IMG/VR virus record: IMGVR_UViG_3300010354_000051
Coordinates: 32,001 to 96,000 of that record
Source: a virus
Length of the DNA: 64,000 bases
Reading direction: 5' to 3' (one strand)
Shown here in pieces: positions 20,201-29,705 of this stretch. Position 1 is the first letter of the stretch. Each line of letters opens with the position of its first letter. The position numbers were made by a program, and so were the translations under genes. The notes under the pieces were generated by a model. That model saw only the letters and a list, made by a program, of their open reading frames with translations. It was not told where the DNA came from and did no database searches.

Positions 20201-20423
20201 CAATACCCTAACCCTGCTGCAGAAGTTAGAATTTCAGTCATACGATAAGACCTCCGTTCAAACTGTCTCTAATGTAACCCTGCAAACATCATTCTATACA
20301 CATAAAATGAAGATTGAATTGCCTATTGATACGGACGTATACGATCAAGACGTTACTGAGTTTTTCGGCAATGGGGAATCAGTTAAGGACTCGTTTTACC
20401 TATTTGTTAGCTTAAATGGCTAG
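17289..20423 (+). CDS. large virion structural protein with PA14-like domain
   Basis: 1044 aa; NWGVRWDGYIKI...YLFQVQTN..VKIDM resembles PA14; N-terminal LALSDL...ALNNI motif. Confidence 0.65.
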   Translation: MATKFDTGLTLSGQTLIESLTKKINKREIDKKYIGLQRSLALSDLTNRSQALNNILSGISNLETSERNQYGSIFNSSDWNVTGDFIQQGINKNFLSQLNFSSSLQGQVSVTPRIRIQDQITSLNSFYGEGSFPGYHNGLDAQFYKPPQPAHKGFIKFDFNDLTGSVTVSELIGTDGVTTLSPSSLLNGKSQIVVILDSYTASSGEKISLTGVEVNLKLVSPTTWSVSQGLSKLIAVKNSLIGSDVFSGLAFRFSQEYTLLNPPPWFAQSPANAAVEAGADDLNPATSHRLLVESNGSYVPVKNKGYWYTKSAIFDRWSANEQGSITLVQTDYNKVFVLDSNMEWKEPPTELKSEVGNWGVRWDGYIKIVPDNYLFQVQTNVLVKIDMAIGANSSWVNVFDSTSDPVLSDVESGYVSSQSFDGSTISEQFKYYTSAVDWSAYVPITIRMYYGQADRAFPNILSPQQPNLFIKTTTLTTPVAYSDANYEITIAGSDVSGWTITSPALADIISALQNTQISVTYTITGTASGSVLPVPVLINMTTDGTTVSSISQLGLDPGSYVLKLTPYRSDSYIRNAKPLWRGRLASPSPDHQNYSDMTDGSFSPDLLKTSFDMRPEWWKITRGHPYNIALPPSRTNTPLDGFLTNKFKPVLSSEATGVGLYGSGDGVTFSSRPNIICGEARYSTSDPLGSNYTGIRLLSNSFGEGGRLIVNALPLNNSLYNSPDLLGQNDLGGSPNHLTAGSTNLISYIARLYLRETASPADLYNKYYLIANPTLATASDDPTAWGLPPFSSPLWLSPITVFVVSVADDLLFTTNVKSLVSPLTLSVEKKTVSGFDLLCFTTTQSSILVGGSEKVDFASKYVNFYTESNIAFQYGRVDTGDSLSFADCLKITYVNNELQPLDSEVPRPPSDRVTPFGFDRPQFTKDLCYPPYVINNPLLSDIAVEDTALYSAPAGNYDVFWGDNTKAALGGNTLTLLQKLEFQSYDKTSVQTVSNVTLQTSFYTHKMKIELPIDTDVYDQDVTEFFGNGESVKDSFYLFVSLNG

Positions 20424-22043
20424 AATTTTAATATCCTTTATGGTGTTGTTTTCTTTGTAGGAGAATAACGGCCACGCTTTAACATTCGAGCCGTTGAACA
20501 GAGTAGGGGTTAATGTGCGGTAGTATACAAATCCTCCGGAGGCCGGATTAGTGCCAGATATATTTTGTACTAGGGTGGAGATTTGAGTATCAAACCCTCT
20601 TATCACGCTTGTGCCGGGTTTTAAATATCCCGTGCTTATGCTGTATTTAAATTCTCCAGAAGAAGCTACTTGAGTTCCATCAAGTTTGTATATAGCCGGG
20701 CTTAGAAAGTTCTTGTCCACAAGGCTTATGAACGGTTTATCGCTAGAGCTGAAGGCTCTCTGATACTTTTCACCTGTCCACAGCCATATACCCGGAACTC
20801 TTTTCCCATCTACTGTAGTTTGTCCGGGCTGATTTAGCGTACTTAGTGTGTTAAAGGTTACACTGCTTGAATCTAAGACTCCGTCCGGATCTCTGAATAT
20901 CACCCGATACGAAGAGCTTATATTTTTGCCTTCGATAATATTATACTTGATGCCCAAAGTGTTATTCGTACCTGATTCTTCAGCCTGATCCTTTGTGTTC
21001 TGGATAAATAGTGAGAATTCGGTCTGAAGACTCTCTATTTTAGACAACAGATCTCTTAACTCCTGATACAAAGAACCGGAGACACCGTAACTATTAGAAT
21101 AGTCCCAGGATAACGATCTGCCGTCAAGATTGTATAGCTGGAGTATATTAGACGAAGTTATTGTGTCTTTTCTCTTAACAACCATCAACGGGCTATCTGC
21201 AGCAGGAATAGTGGATACCGTATTGTAAAATGAGCCTAGATAGACATATTTATTGACGTATTCATCGAACAGGAAAAATCCATTCCTCGATGAGAATTTT
21301 ACCCGGTACTTATACAAGCCGTTTTTTATATATGCCTTGGAGGAGATTTTGTTAGCGAAGAAGACTTCTTGAGTTAGGAAATTAGTAGTATAGCGGATAC
21401 ACTTGCTATCCGCAGCTACTTCATCACCTACACACCCCAGTATAAGTTCAAGTTCTTCTCCGGCTATATACCCGGACCCAGGGTTAATTACACTAACACC
21501 CGATCCTCTACTAATTTCTCCTGCTGTATTTATAGTTAGTACAACTTGTGCATTTTTTGCTCCGGATGACTTGCCTAGTACATTGACAGTGACAGAAGCA
21601 GGCAAGGTCACTGTTGCTTCAGCCGGGGTTAACACTTTATATCTCTCCCCCAGCCCCAATAACTCCACACTAGTAATAGACCCGTTGACCGATACTTTAA
21701 TCGGAGCGCCTATTAGAACTTCTGACCCGGTTCTTTTATCGAAGCTGGATAGAAATGATTCGAACCAAACCAGATTCTCATTGGTAAAAGTTATTCCATT
21801 TGTTAGAAATTTAGTCCGCAAGGTTACATTTCCGGCAGAGTCGGAAATTGGCGAATTAAATATGCCGGAGATCTGGTTAGCATTGCTAAGATCCGCCGAA
21901 GAGATTTTTGATTCTAGCCTGCTAGCAAAGGAGAAAAGAAGTATGTCTTCCTGGACCTGAGGTCCGTACAACTTCTGAACGGCTTCTTTGGAGTTAATAC
22001 CACCTTCAGACAGGTTATTTTTAGTGTAAAGTCCGGTTGCCAT
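20412..22043 (-). CDS. virion structural protein
   Basis: 543 aa; N-terminal GLYTKNNLSE motif; VINPGSGY beta-domain typical of large phage virion proteins. Confidence 0.7.
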   Translation of the reverse strand: MATGLYTKNNLSEGGINSKEAVQKLYGPQVQEDILLFSFASRLESKISSADLSNANQISGIFNSPISDSAGNVTLRTKFLTNGITFTNENLVWFESFLSSFDKRTGSEVLIGAPIKVSVNGSITSVELLGLGERYKVLTPAEATVTLPASVTVNVLGKSSGAKNAQVVLTINTAGEISRGSGVSVINPGSGYIAGEELELILGCVGDEVAADSKCIRYTTNFLTQEVFFANKISSKAYIKNGLYKYRVKFSSRNGFFLFDEYVNKYVYLGSFYNTVSTIPAADSPLMVVKRKDTITSSNILQLYNLDGRSLSWDYSNSYGVSGSLYQELRDLLSKIESLQTEFSLFIQNTKDQAEESGTNNTLGIKYNIIEGKNISSSYRVIFRDPDGVLDSSSVTFNTLSTLNQPGQTTVDGKRVPGIWLWTGEKYQRAFSSSDKPFISLVDKNFLSPAIYKLDGTQVASSGEFKYSISTGYLKPGTSVIRGFDTQISTLVQNISGTNPASGGFVYYRTLTPTLFNGSNVKAWPLFSYKENNTIKDIKILAI

Positions 22044-22051
22044 TGTTCTTA

Positions 22052-25000
22052 CTAAGCTAGTTTTAGAATTTGGTTAGACTGGTTTCTCCAGCATGTTCCA
22101 GCTCCTACCGTACCTGGACATGAAGGCAAGAGTTGCCAGCCTAGTTCTGTAATCGAAGCGTTGCGGGTTGTTACGTTGGTGTAAGTTATATTCACCGAAG
22201 AAGATGTTGTACTTGGAGTGACATAAGTGAAGCCAAAAGTGATAGAAATCCCGAACAAGTTTTTATAGCTCACCCCTAGCGGGTCTTCGCTAATAGATTG
22301 AGTTTGCTTAATTTGTGTTTTGTAATATGTCCCCGAGACCAGCGATCCGGCAACTTGATAAGTTTGCGGCCCGATTAAAGTATAAGTAAATGTAGTAGCG
22401 CCAGTTATTTGATTAGTTGTCTGCCTCTCAGAGTAGACTTGGAAATTCTCATTCCGGAACAGGGATATGGTTTCCTGTCTACCTGCAGTGATTACGGTTG
22501 GGAAAATATCCTGCTGGGTATAATTGGAGTACCGGTCGGCCGATGTTAAGTTATTGCCATTTAGTCTGACCTGGCAATTTCTATACACCCTGAGCTTATC
22601 AATCTCGACAATCTCTTGAACAATTGTCCTTATTGTTGATACCGATAAGGCGTTATTAGTCAAATCGACTACAATCCTTCTATTACTCCCCTTAAAGATT
22701 CTGGCAAAAGTACCAGTGGCATAAGAAGATATTGCGTTTTGCTTAAGATTTATTAAAGTTATAAGGTTGAGGTTAGTTCTTATACTAAAAGTACCGGATA
22801 GCCTACAATTCTCTGCACTGAACGAGGTTAGTTTAGTGTAGCCAAGGCGGAACCAGTTCGATATGTCAATTGACGATCTGGTAAAGTACAAAGTTGATGG
22901 TAAAGTGCCAGGTATATCCGCACTTATAATAATCTCCGTGCTGGTTACTGACATTACTTTGGCTAATTCTGGGCCAGTCTCACTCGCTCTTACCGAATCA
23001 TAAACCATCACTTTTTGGTTAAGGGCGGTAGGCCCGGTTAGAGAGTATACGGCATCGTCGGGTGAAGAGGCCGGTACTTTTCTGGTGATTGAGAGACCGG
23101 TTAAGGCAGTGCTGGGTTGTCTGCTAAGAACGCAAGCTCCTCTTAGCGATTGGACTCCCCAATCAGACCGGTAAACACTAGGCAAAGAGTTATCTAACTT
23201 TACAGAAACTACAGGGGTCTCTGTAACACCTTCGAAAGAGGGCAATAATGCTCCGCCTCCACTCGGATTACAGTTATCTGCAGTTATCCTAGTTATATCT
23301 CTAGAGAAATACTGGTTAGATGTTGTAATGGACAGCGGGCTAATATCATAAAATCCTGACGAGTTTATGGTTATCGCCACATCTTTTCTCTCGGTATCTG
23401 GGAAATACCGAGAAGGGAAAGTTGGGAAACGGCCGGTGAAGTTAGATTGCCTGACATCTATCGTATCTAAATAATGTAAGTTAATAAGGTCATTTTTTCT
23501 AAACCGGTAAGGGTTTGAAGAGAACCCAAGTGATAGGGTTTTTAAGTTGTGTTGGTTAACTGGGCCTCGGGCCGGAGCAAAAGTCACCGGTAGGAAGAAG
23601 TCTACTCCGTTGTCAGTTACGGGGAGTAGGTTGTCGCAAGCTCCCAAGTCTAATGTAACTAAACTACCAGTTTCAGTTGCCGGATCTGTACCTAAAGACG
23701 GAACTTTACCTTCTGTAAAAGAGCTGCCAAGGGATAGAGTTGTTAACTTAGGTGCTTTTATGGAGGACGATAACAGGTCGAACTTCACCCCTCCTCTTGA
23801 GGCCGGTGCTTCAAGTGTGACAAGAGAATCCCATTGGCCGTTTTGCAGATTTACAAAAACAGAAGTTCGGGTGAGTGAAATGCTGACCGAGCTGCTTCTC
23901 CATGCTGACCAGTCTTCACCTACCGGGTTGTTTATGTATCCGGTCGATTCAAAAAGTGAAGCACCGCTTCTTGTAGTGCCTATGTTAAAAGACACTATAC
24001 GGTATTTTGATATATGGCCGAAGTTTGTCGGGTCTGTCGAAGTACCTATTTGTGTAATATCTCCTTTGCCGCCTGAGTTATAAATATCGTAACTTATAAG
24101 AGACCCGTTATTGTTAATTTTGGGTAGATTTCCATACAAGAAGCGGGAAAACGGACGGGTCAAGTCTCTATTAGACCATGTCAACACTCTAAGGTTAGGA
24201 AATACATCATCGAGTCGTGGAGAATACCCTTTAAACCTGTCCCCTAGTACCAGCTCTTCCATCGAGCTAAATTGTCTATAATCGACATTAGCTACCCGAC
24301 CAGACTCATTTAAGACATACTTTCTAAACAGTGCGTCAGACCAGTCGTTACCTGCCTCGTTTACAAAAATTCCTTTTCTGGGTACGGTTAGATAGCTGAC
24401 CGCAGTGCATTGAGGGGTAGAGGCAGAGGGTAAAAGAGTTGGGTCTCTGTAGTCAAACCAGCCCATAACTCCCGACTTCCAGACATCCCCTGACTTGCTC
24501 AAGTCTAGCCTTCTAAGTTTATTTTTTAAAGTCTTGAGCCAGAGGGGTAGTATAGTCATCGACCCGCCGACCATTGTAAAACTTTCTAGGTTATCATATC
24601 CAATCAGGCCCAGGTCTTTTCTATCCTGAGTCTCCCTTATATCTATACCTGAAAACTCAATAGCTTTTACTTTTACCGGATTGACATAGAGGTAGAGGTA
24701 TAGGTCATAGATTGTTTGATAACCTGTTGCTGTAATGTCAATATTTACCGTGTACTGTAAAGATCCGGAAGCCTGAGCTACGGACACCACAGGGAGAAAG
24801 TCGACTGCGGGTGAATTGGGTCTTTTTTGCAGAGGTTGGATCTGGAACCCGTAGAAATACGGGCTGTTCGAGTCGGTGAAAGTGAACTTAATTGTCCCGG
24901 TGGACATTCTGCAAAGCACTTTCAGCGGTGTATTTTTAGTCGAAAGTAGCTTGAGCGGAGTACTAGTCCCGGAGTTGTTGTCGATGTACATGTCCAGAGA

Positions 25001-25645
25001 ATGGCTAGGACTTTCCACTATCTCCGGACGCGGCAATACACTGTTTAGAGGTAGAAAGATTCTATTTACATGAGATCTTCTGCGAACTCTAACACTTCCA
25101 GCATAACTTGCATTCTTAAAATAGCCCAGGTTGACCGGATCTCCTTCCGAGTTAAACAGGCTGTTTCTAGAGGTCGATACCGCTACTAGTTTTCTAACCG
25201 GGTTGCTAAATATCGTGTCCCCTATAGTATTAGTCAGATACTGAGCACCTTCGCACTGAATGGACCCATTGAAAATAATGACGTTTGGGTAGTTTACATA
25301 CGGAGAACCTTCGCCGCCTAGTGGCAGAGACGGGGAATAATAATCCTTTGAATCGTATAAACTAGTCGGAATCTGATACACATATATTTCACTTAACTGC
25401 TGAAGAGCGGGTAGCAGAGTTTTTTCTAACCCAGAACAGAATCGAAAATCCTCTCTATCACTTAACTGCCCACTAAGACCGTACAGCGAGTCCAGAACCT
25501 CCGGGCTCAGCCCCATATTCCTAAGTGCTGTCCTTTTGTCCGACTCAAAAATCTCTGACAGGTTCTGGAACCCGTCTGAAACCAGTCCAATATCCGGACG
25601 AGCTGCTTCTCTAAAAGTAAAAAAGGACTGTTCGGCCATGAGCAA
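22052..25645 (-). CDS. large virion protein with leucine-rich-repeat-like segments
   Basis: 1197 aa; LxxLxL repeats (LRRLDLSKS, LVTLDLGAC, LTSFSAENCRLSG, LINLKQNAI); probable start ATG at 25639. Confidence 0.7.
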   Translation of the reverse strand: MLMAEQSFFTFREAARPDIGLVSDGFQNLSEIFESDKRTALRNMGLSPEVLDSLYGLSGQLSDREDFRFCSGLEKTLLPALQQLSEIYVYQIPTSLYDSKDYYSPSLPLGGEGSPYVNYPNVIIFNGSIQCEGAQYLTNTIGDTIFSNPVRKLVAVSTSRNSLFNSEGDPVNLGYFKNASYAGSVRVRRRSHVNRIFLPLNSVLPRPEIVESPSHSLDMYIDNNSGTSTPLKLLSTKNTPLKVLCRMSTGTIKFTFTDSNSPYFYGFQIQPLQKRPNSPAVDFLPVVSVAQASGSLQYTVNIDITATGYQTIYDLYLYLYVNPVKVKAIEFSGIDIRETQDRKDLGLIGYDNLESFTMVGGSMTILPLWLKTLKNKLRRLDLSKSGDVWKSGVMGWFDYRDPTLLPSASTPQCTAVSYLTVPRKGIFVNEAGNDWSDALFRKYVLNESGRVANVDYRQFSSMEELVLGDRFKGYSPRLDDVFPNLRVLTWSNRDLTRPFSRFLYGNLPKINNNGSLISYDIYNSGGKGDITQIGTSTDPTNFGHISKYRIVSFNIGTTRSGASLFESTGYINNPVGEDWSAWRSSSVSISLTRTSVFVNLQNGQWDSLVTLEAPASRGGVKFDLLSSSIKAPKLTTLSLGSSFTEGKVPSLGTDPATETGSLVTLDLGACDNLLPVTDNGVDFFLPVTFAPARGPVNQHNLKTLSLGFSSNPYRFRKNDLINLHYLDTIDVRQSNFTGRFPTFPSRYFPDTERKDVAITINSSGFYDISPLSITTSNQYFSRDITRITADNCNPSGGGALLPSFEGVTETPVVSVKLDNSLPSVYRSDWGVQSLRGACVLSRQPSTALTGLSITRKVPASSPDDAVYSLTGPTALNQKVMVYDSVRASETGPELAKVMSVTSTEIIISADIPGTLPSTLYFTRSSIDISNWFRLGYTKLTSFSAENCRLSGTFSIRTNLNLITLINLKQNAISSYATGTFARIFKGSNRRIVVDLTNNALSVSTIRTIVQEIVEIDKLRVYRNCQVRLNGNNLTSADRYSNYTQQDIFPTVITAGRQETISLFRNENFQVYSERQTTNQITGATTFTYTLIGPQTYQVAGSLVSGTYYKTQIKQTQSISEDPLGVSYKNLFGISITFGFTYVTPSTTSSSVNITYTNVTTRNASITELGWQLLPSCPGTVGAGTCWRNQSNQILKLA

Positions 25646-25650
25646 CGAAT

Positions 25651-25666
25651 CTATATAGCTTTTAAC
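25651..25666 (-). promoter_or_regulatory. candidate late promoter GTTAAAAG-CTATA-TAG
   Basis: One-mismatch core with perfect spacing, about 20 nt upstream of the ATG at 25639. Confidence 0.55.
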
Positions 25667-25673
25667 GCTCTGA

Positions 25674-28600
25674 TTACTGTTCTGTGTAATTCAGTGAGAG
25701 GTAGATCTCATTGTCTGACCCGGAATGGTTAGTTAAAGATCGAGCTATGAAGAATGTCGCCAGATTGCCCTCGTCATCATTTATGATGCTCTCTGCAGAG
25801 ATGTTAAAAATATCTTGTAAGTTGATTTCGGTAGAGGTATTGGCTGAGACGTAGTAGGTGGCTAGAGAGTCTCCTGAATCAGAAGTCAGCCAACGAATCG
25901 GGTACTCAGAAGGGGTGAATATGCCAGCCGAATTGGCTCCGCCCGAAGTTAAAAAACTTCCACATTTTTTAGGGGAGTTGTGGATAGATTTGCGCGTGTT
26001 CAGGCTGTCCTCTTGCGGGTCTATAGTAGGGGCGGTAGACAGACCGAATTTGTCCTGGGCTGTGTAAGTTCGGATTGCTTTTACCACGCCATCTGTTTCA
26101 GGAACAGAGGCCCATTCACCGTGAGAATCAACACCGGTATCGGAGATAGACAGCGTGCAGCGGTGGGGGGTAAACGGCTCTACTTTTATCCCTTCTGAGG
26201 TCTTTTGACCGATCCAAACCCCGCCCAGACTAGCTCCTTGCCTACCCTGCAGAAACACTCGGACAAAGGGCAATGAGCCCGGAGCTATCTTTGATGTAAT
26301 GATGCTGGTGACATTCAGATCTCTATTTATGTGACCTATGTATATTGTTCGGTAAGACACACTGACTAGTGAACTGGTGGTTATGTTTGCCGGTAATGTG
26401 GTTCCTATGGGCAGTAAGAATTGGGTGACATCTCCCACCACTCTAACAACACCACCAGTAGTTGTGACATTGCGTACAAATGAGCCCTGGGTTATAGTAA
26501 CCACATAAGTTTGTGACCCGAGGTTGGGCCAGGGTGTCGCATTATCACTCAGGTAGTAGGTTGTTACAGAGGTGGCCGGATTGACTTCGGAAATAATGCT
26601 GATGTTGTCCCTGATTTCCCTACCTGCTCTGCAATACAATCCTCTGCAAGTACCTCCATCCACACCAGGAACTGATGGATAGGTTCTATCCAGCTCCGTG
26701 TCAAAATTATACCCGGAAAGCTCTCTAGTCTCGAAATTGAAAGTGTTGCGCAGTAGGTATATAGAAGTCTCGTAGTAAATTGAGTTATTGCTGTAGTCGA
26801 AGGCGAAGTCATAAGGTAAGCCCTCGTAGTAAGTTGACTGCTGGTCGTAAGTTGGTGAACTTTCAATTCCCCAGCTATTGGACAGGGTAGTAGCATACAG
26901 CGGGCTGGATACGTCTGTACTCGGCCAAGCCAAACCAATCCTCAGCGATGAAGAGTGAGCTGGTACGACAGTAGTATCCATGTCACCCCCGGTCCAGAAA
27001 ATATAAAACTCACTACTAACCACATCTATCGTACTGAGCAAGATTTGATCTCGTCTGAAATAGTCAAATTCTATATCGTAACCGTCAGAGTAGTTGTCAA
27101 CTAAGGGGAAAGTGAACGGCAGATAGACTCCATCCGGGCTGGGTAGTTGCTTACTGCTGGACAAATTTAATATCCCGCTTTTATCTCTGGTCAGTTTAAC
27201 AGTTACGTTGTCTTGGCCGAAATCTTTTTGATTATCAGCACACAAGACAAACATATCTTTGCCCAGCGCTCTGACGGACTGCCCGCCTATACTCGTCCAG
27301 TTATTACTATCAAACGGGCTCCTGAAATTACCAGCGGAAGGACCGTTGTAAGTAGCTATTGCCGTATGAGTTCTGCCGTCATCGGATGCAATACCTAGTT
27401 CGGGATAGTCCAAGGTATAAAACGGAGTGATTGCAAACTTACCCCTCATACGTCTTTCTTCGGGCAAAGCATCCCAAATATACCCTTCCTGGTGAGAGAA
27501 AGCCCACTCCGGACAACCTCTTTGCCGAACGATTTTAATCTCACAGTCCTGTTGGCTCCTGACCATGAGCTTGTCGGGGAAAATCTCCTTCTTATTGAAG
27601 AACTGGTTTCCAAACCGGTTAATAATGTATTGCTTGGGTTTTATACCCAATACGGTAACCCAGTCAATAGCGTTTATGTTGGTTTTTATTTCGCTAAACT
27701 CAGGGCTGGGCAAATAACGAACACGAGACTGAGCATTTAAACTATATAAAGTCCCCTTGTCATAGCCGTCGATGTAGTAAGACGCACCGTACTTAGACAG
27801 GTTTTGATTTACCCTGATCGTGGATGAATCACTTACCTTCAGTCGATATTTGAAGTAGAAGAAGGGGTCGGCTAGACACGGTCTGCCTAATTGGTTCTCT
27901 ATAACCAAAGTGTGCATAGTTACCCATCTACAATCTCCGCTTCCAGTGGGCACATACGCATAGAATCTCGCCCCGATAGCACCGTACCAGCCGAATTCAA
28001 TCTTGTACATGGTAACCGTATCCGGGTTCAGGAAATAACCACTTTTCCCCTCTCCACTAAGGGGATCACCGTTCATATACTTTTGCTCGATTACAGTCTC
28101 GTACTGAGTCAGACCGTTTACCGTCACAGCCTTGGTATTAGCCGCATAGTTTGCATTAGCTAAGAACTCTGTACTTTCCAGGGGCACGGTAGACCGTCTG
28201 ACGATAGAGAACAGTGAACCGTTTGTCAGCCTGAACATGTAAGAATCGGTAAGATTCTCCACACCGAATTCGAGCACAGTTCCTGGCCCAGCCCCTATCT
28301 CACTAACCTTTACGCCATAAGTAAATCCGCTTATGCGCCCTGGCTGGTATCTAAAAGCCCTGATTGATTTTATAGTCACCTCACTGCTTATACCCTCTAT
28401 CCCGCCTATTTTGTTGTTGTTAGTAGGCAGGTTGATTTGCTGACCGAAGGCTTGAGAAGGCCAGAAGTTGGTGAATGTGTTGTTGATTTTGTCCGGGACT
28501 AGGGGGGTGTCCAGAACAAAATACGGTAGTTTCAGGTCTTTCTCTACCTGGGTTATGGTAGACTCGTTGGCATGGACGGTAAATTCCCAATCCTTTAGAT

Positions 28601-29702
28601 CAGATCTAATTTGAGACCATCTCAGGCCGTGATAAGACGACCACAGATCTGGTGTCGGGTTTGTCTTAATCTTAAAATGACCTGTGTTCTCTGCTAAGTT
28701 TTCAGGAAAATACGTCCGGGTCGTGCTGAAAAAGAAACTGTCCCAGGATACATTGAGATCGACAGGCAGTTTGTTGGTGGACTGGTTGATAATTACTGTA
28801 CTGCTGCCCCAGAGGGCTGGATTAGCTCTCCAGTTAGGTATAGTAACGTTTTTGAAGTTATAAGCTCTGCCGCTGGGTATAATGGGGTAGTCCTCGGACG
28901 ATCTACCAAAACGTGACTGTTTAATGTCTAGCCAAATACTATCCCAGTAGACCCGATTGAAGACTTTTGTACCATTAGGCCCTGGTATAGTCGGGTATTT
29001 AGCCAGCAGCGGGATTAGATTGTAGTTCAGTAGCTGCTTCTGGTCAAAGTTATTTACCATATACTCGATTAAGTACATGGCTACCAGAGTGTTTAAATAC
29101 TGACCCCAGTCGTTATTAGACAGGTCTGTAGTAGATCCAGTTAGCTGATCTTGAAGAGCAGGTCTGGTCGGCTCTAGAAAAGGTGTCGGGTATGTCAGAA
29201 TAACAAGGGCGGAATTTTTCTCGTCCTCAGTGTACTTTTCAGGGAAGTAGTTGCCACCAGCCGCAGGCCTTCTAGTCCACCATAAATTTGCTCGGTCGTC
29301 ACGCCCAAAAAATTCAATCTTCCAATCCTTAGAGTCTAAGCCGTAAGAAGAAACATTACTGAACAAGCTTTGCTGGGTAGTCCGTCTGTCGATACCTAGC
29401 AAAGACCGGGACGTTTCAGACTGCTCAGGAAACTGCTCGACTATAGGTAGAGCAGCCGGGCTACCTTTACTGAAAACGTTTAAGGTGCTTTTTGCTGTGA
29501 GCAGATACGATTCGGGGTCGACTGTAACACTCAAAGCGGATTTTGAAGAGTATTCGGACGACAAGTACGAATCTTTTTCCGTCACCAGAGGCGAACCTTG
29601 CTCGGTGGACAGGGGGAAACCCTTAACGTCCACCATCTGCTCTGTAACCTTAGTTGTTCTCGGAGATACTTTCTCCGCCCTTAGACTCTTATCGCTGGAC
29701 AT
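25674..29702 (-). CDS. very large virion structural protein (RYQPG family, paralog of 29706-32762)
   Basis: FRYQPGRIS, MYKIEFGWYGAIGA, KYGASYYIDG motifs shared with the adjacent gene. Confidence 0.75.
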   Translation of the reverse strand: MSSDKSLRAEKVSPRTTKVTEQMVDVKGFPLSTEQGSPLVTEKDSYLSSEYSSKSALSVTVDPESYLLTAKSTLNVFSKGSPAALPIVEQFPEQSETSRSLLGIDRRTTQQSLFSNVSSYGLDSKDWKIEFFGRDDRANLWWTRRPAAGGNYFPEKYTEDEKNSALVILTYPTPFLEPTRPALQDQLTGSTTDLSNNDWGQYLNTLVAMYLIEYMVNNFDQKQLLNYNLIPLLAKYPTIPGPNGTKVFNRVYWDSIWLDIKQSRFGRSSEDYPIIPSGRAYNFKNVTIPNWRANPALWGSSTVIINQSTNKLPVDLNVSWDSFFFSTTRTYFPENLAENTGHFKIKTNPTPDLWSSYHGLRWSQIRSDLKDWEFTVHANESTITQVEKDLKLPYFVLDTPLVPDKINNTFTNFWPSQAFGQQINLPTNNNKIGGIEGISSEVTIKSIRAFRYQPGRISGFTYGVKVSEIGAGPGTVLEFGVENLTDSYMFRLTNGSLFSIVRRSTVPLESTEFLANANYAANTKAVTVNGLTQYETVIEQKYMNGDPLSGEGKSGYFLNPDTVTMYKIEFGWYGAIGARFYAYVPTGSGDCRWVTMHTLVIENQLGRPCLADPFFYFKYRLKVSDSSTIRVNQNLSKYGASYYIDGYDKGTLYSLNAQSRVRYLPSPEFSEIKTNINAIDWVTVLGIKPKQYIINRFGNQFFNKKEIFPDKLMVRSQQDCEIKIVRQRGCPEWAFSHQEGYIWDALPEERRMRGKFAITPFYTLDYPELGIASDDGRTHTAIATYNGPSAGNFRSPFDSNNWTSIGGQSVRALGKDMFVLCADNQKDFGQDNVTVKLTRDKSGILNLSSSKQLPSPDGVYLPFTFPLVDNYSDGYDIEFDYFRRDQILLSTIDVVSSEFYIFWTGGDMDTTVVPAHSSSLRIGLAWPSTDVSSPLYATTLSNSWGIESSPTYDQQSTYYEGLPYDFAFDYSNNSIYYETSIYLLRNTFNFETRELSGYNFDTELDRTYPSVPGVDGGTCRGLYCRAGREIRDNISIISEVNPATSVTTYYLSDNATPWPNLGSQTYVVTITQGSFVRNVTTTGGVVRVVGDVTQFLLPIGTTLPANITTSSLVSVSYRTIYIGHINRDLNVTSIITSKIAPGSLPFVRVFLQGRQGASLGGVWIGQKTSEGIKVEPFTPHRCTLSISDTGVDSHGEWASVPETDGVVKAIRTYTAQDKFGLSTAPTIDPQEDSLNTRKSIHNSPKKCGSFLTSGGANSAGIFTPSEYPIRWLTSDSGDSLATYYVSANTSTEINLQDIFNISAESIINDDEGNLATFFIARSLTNHSGSDNEIYLSLNYTEQ

Positions 29703-29705
29703 GGA

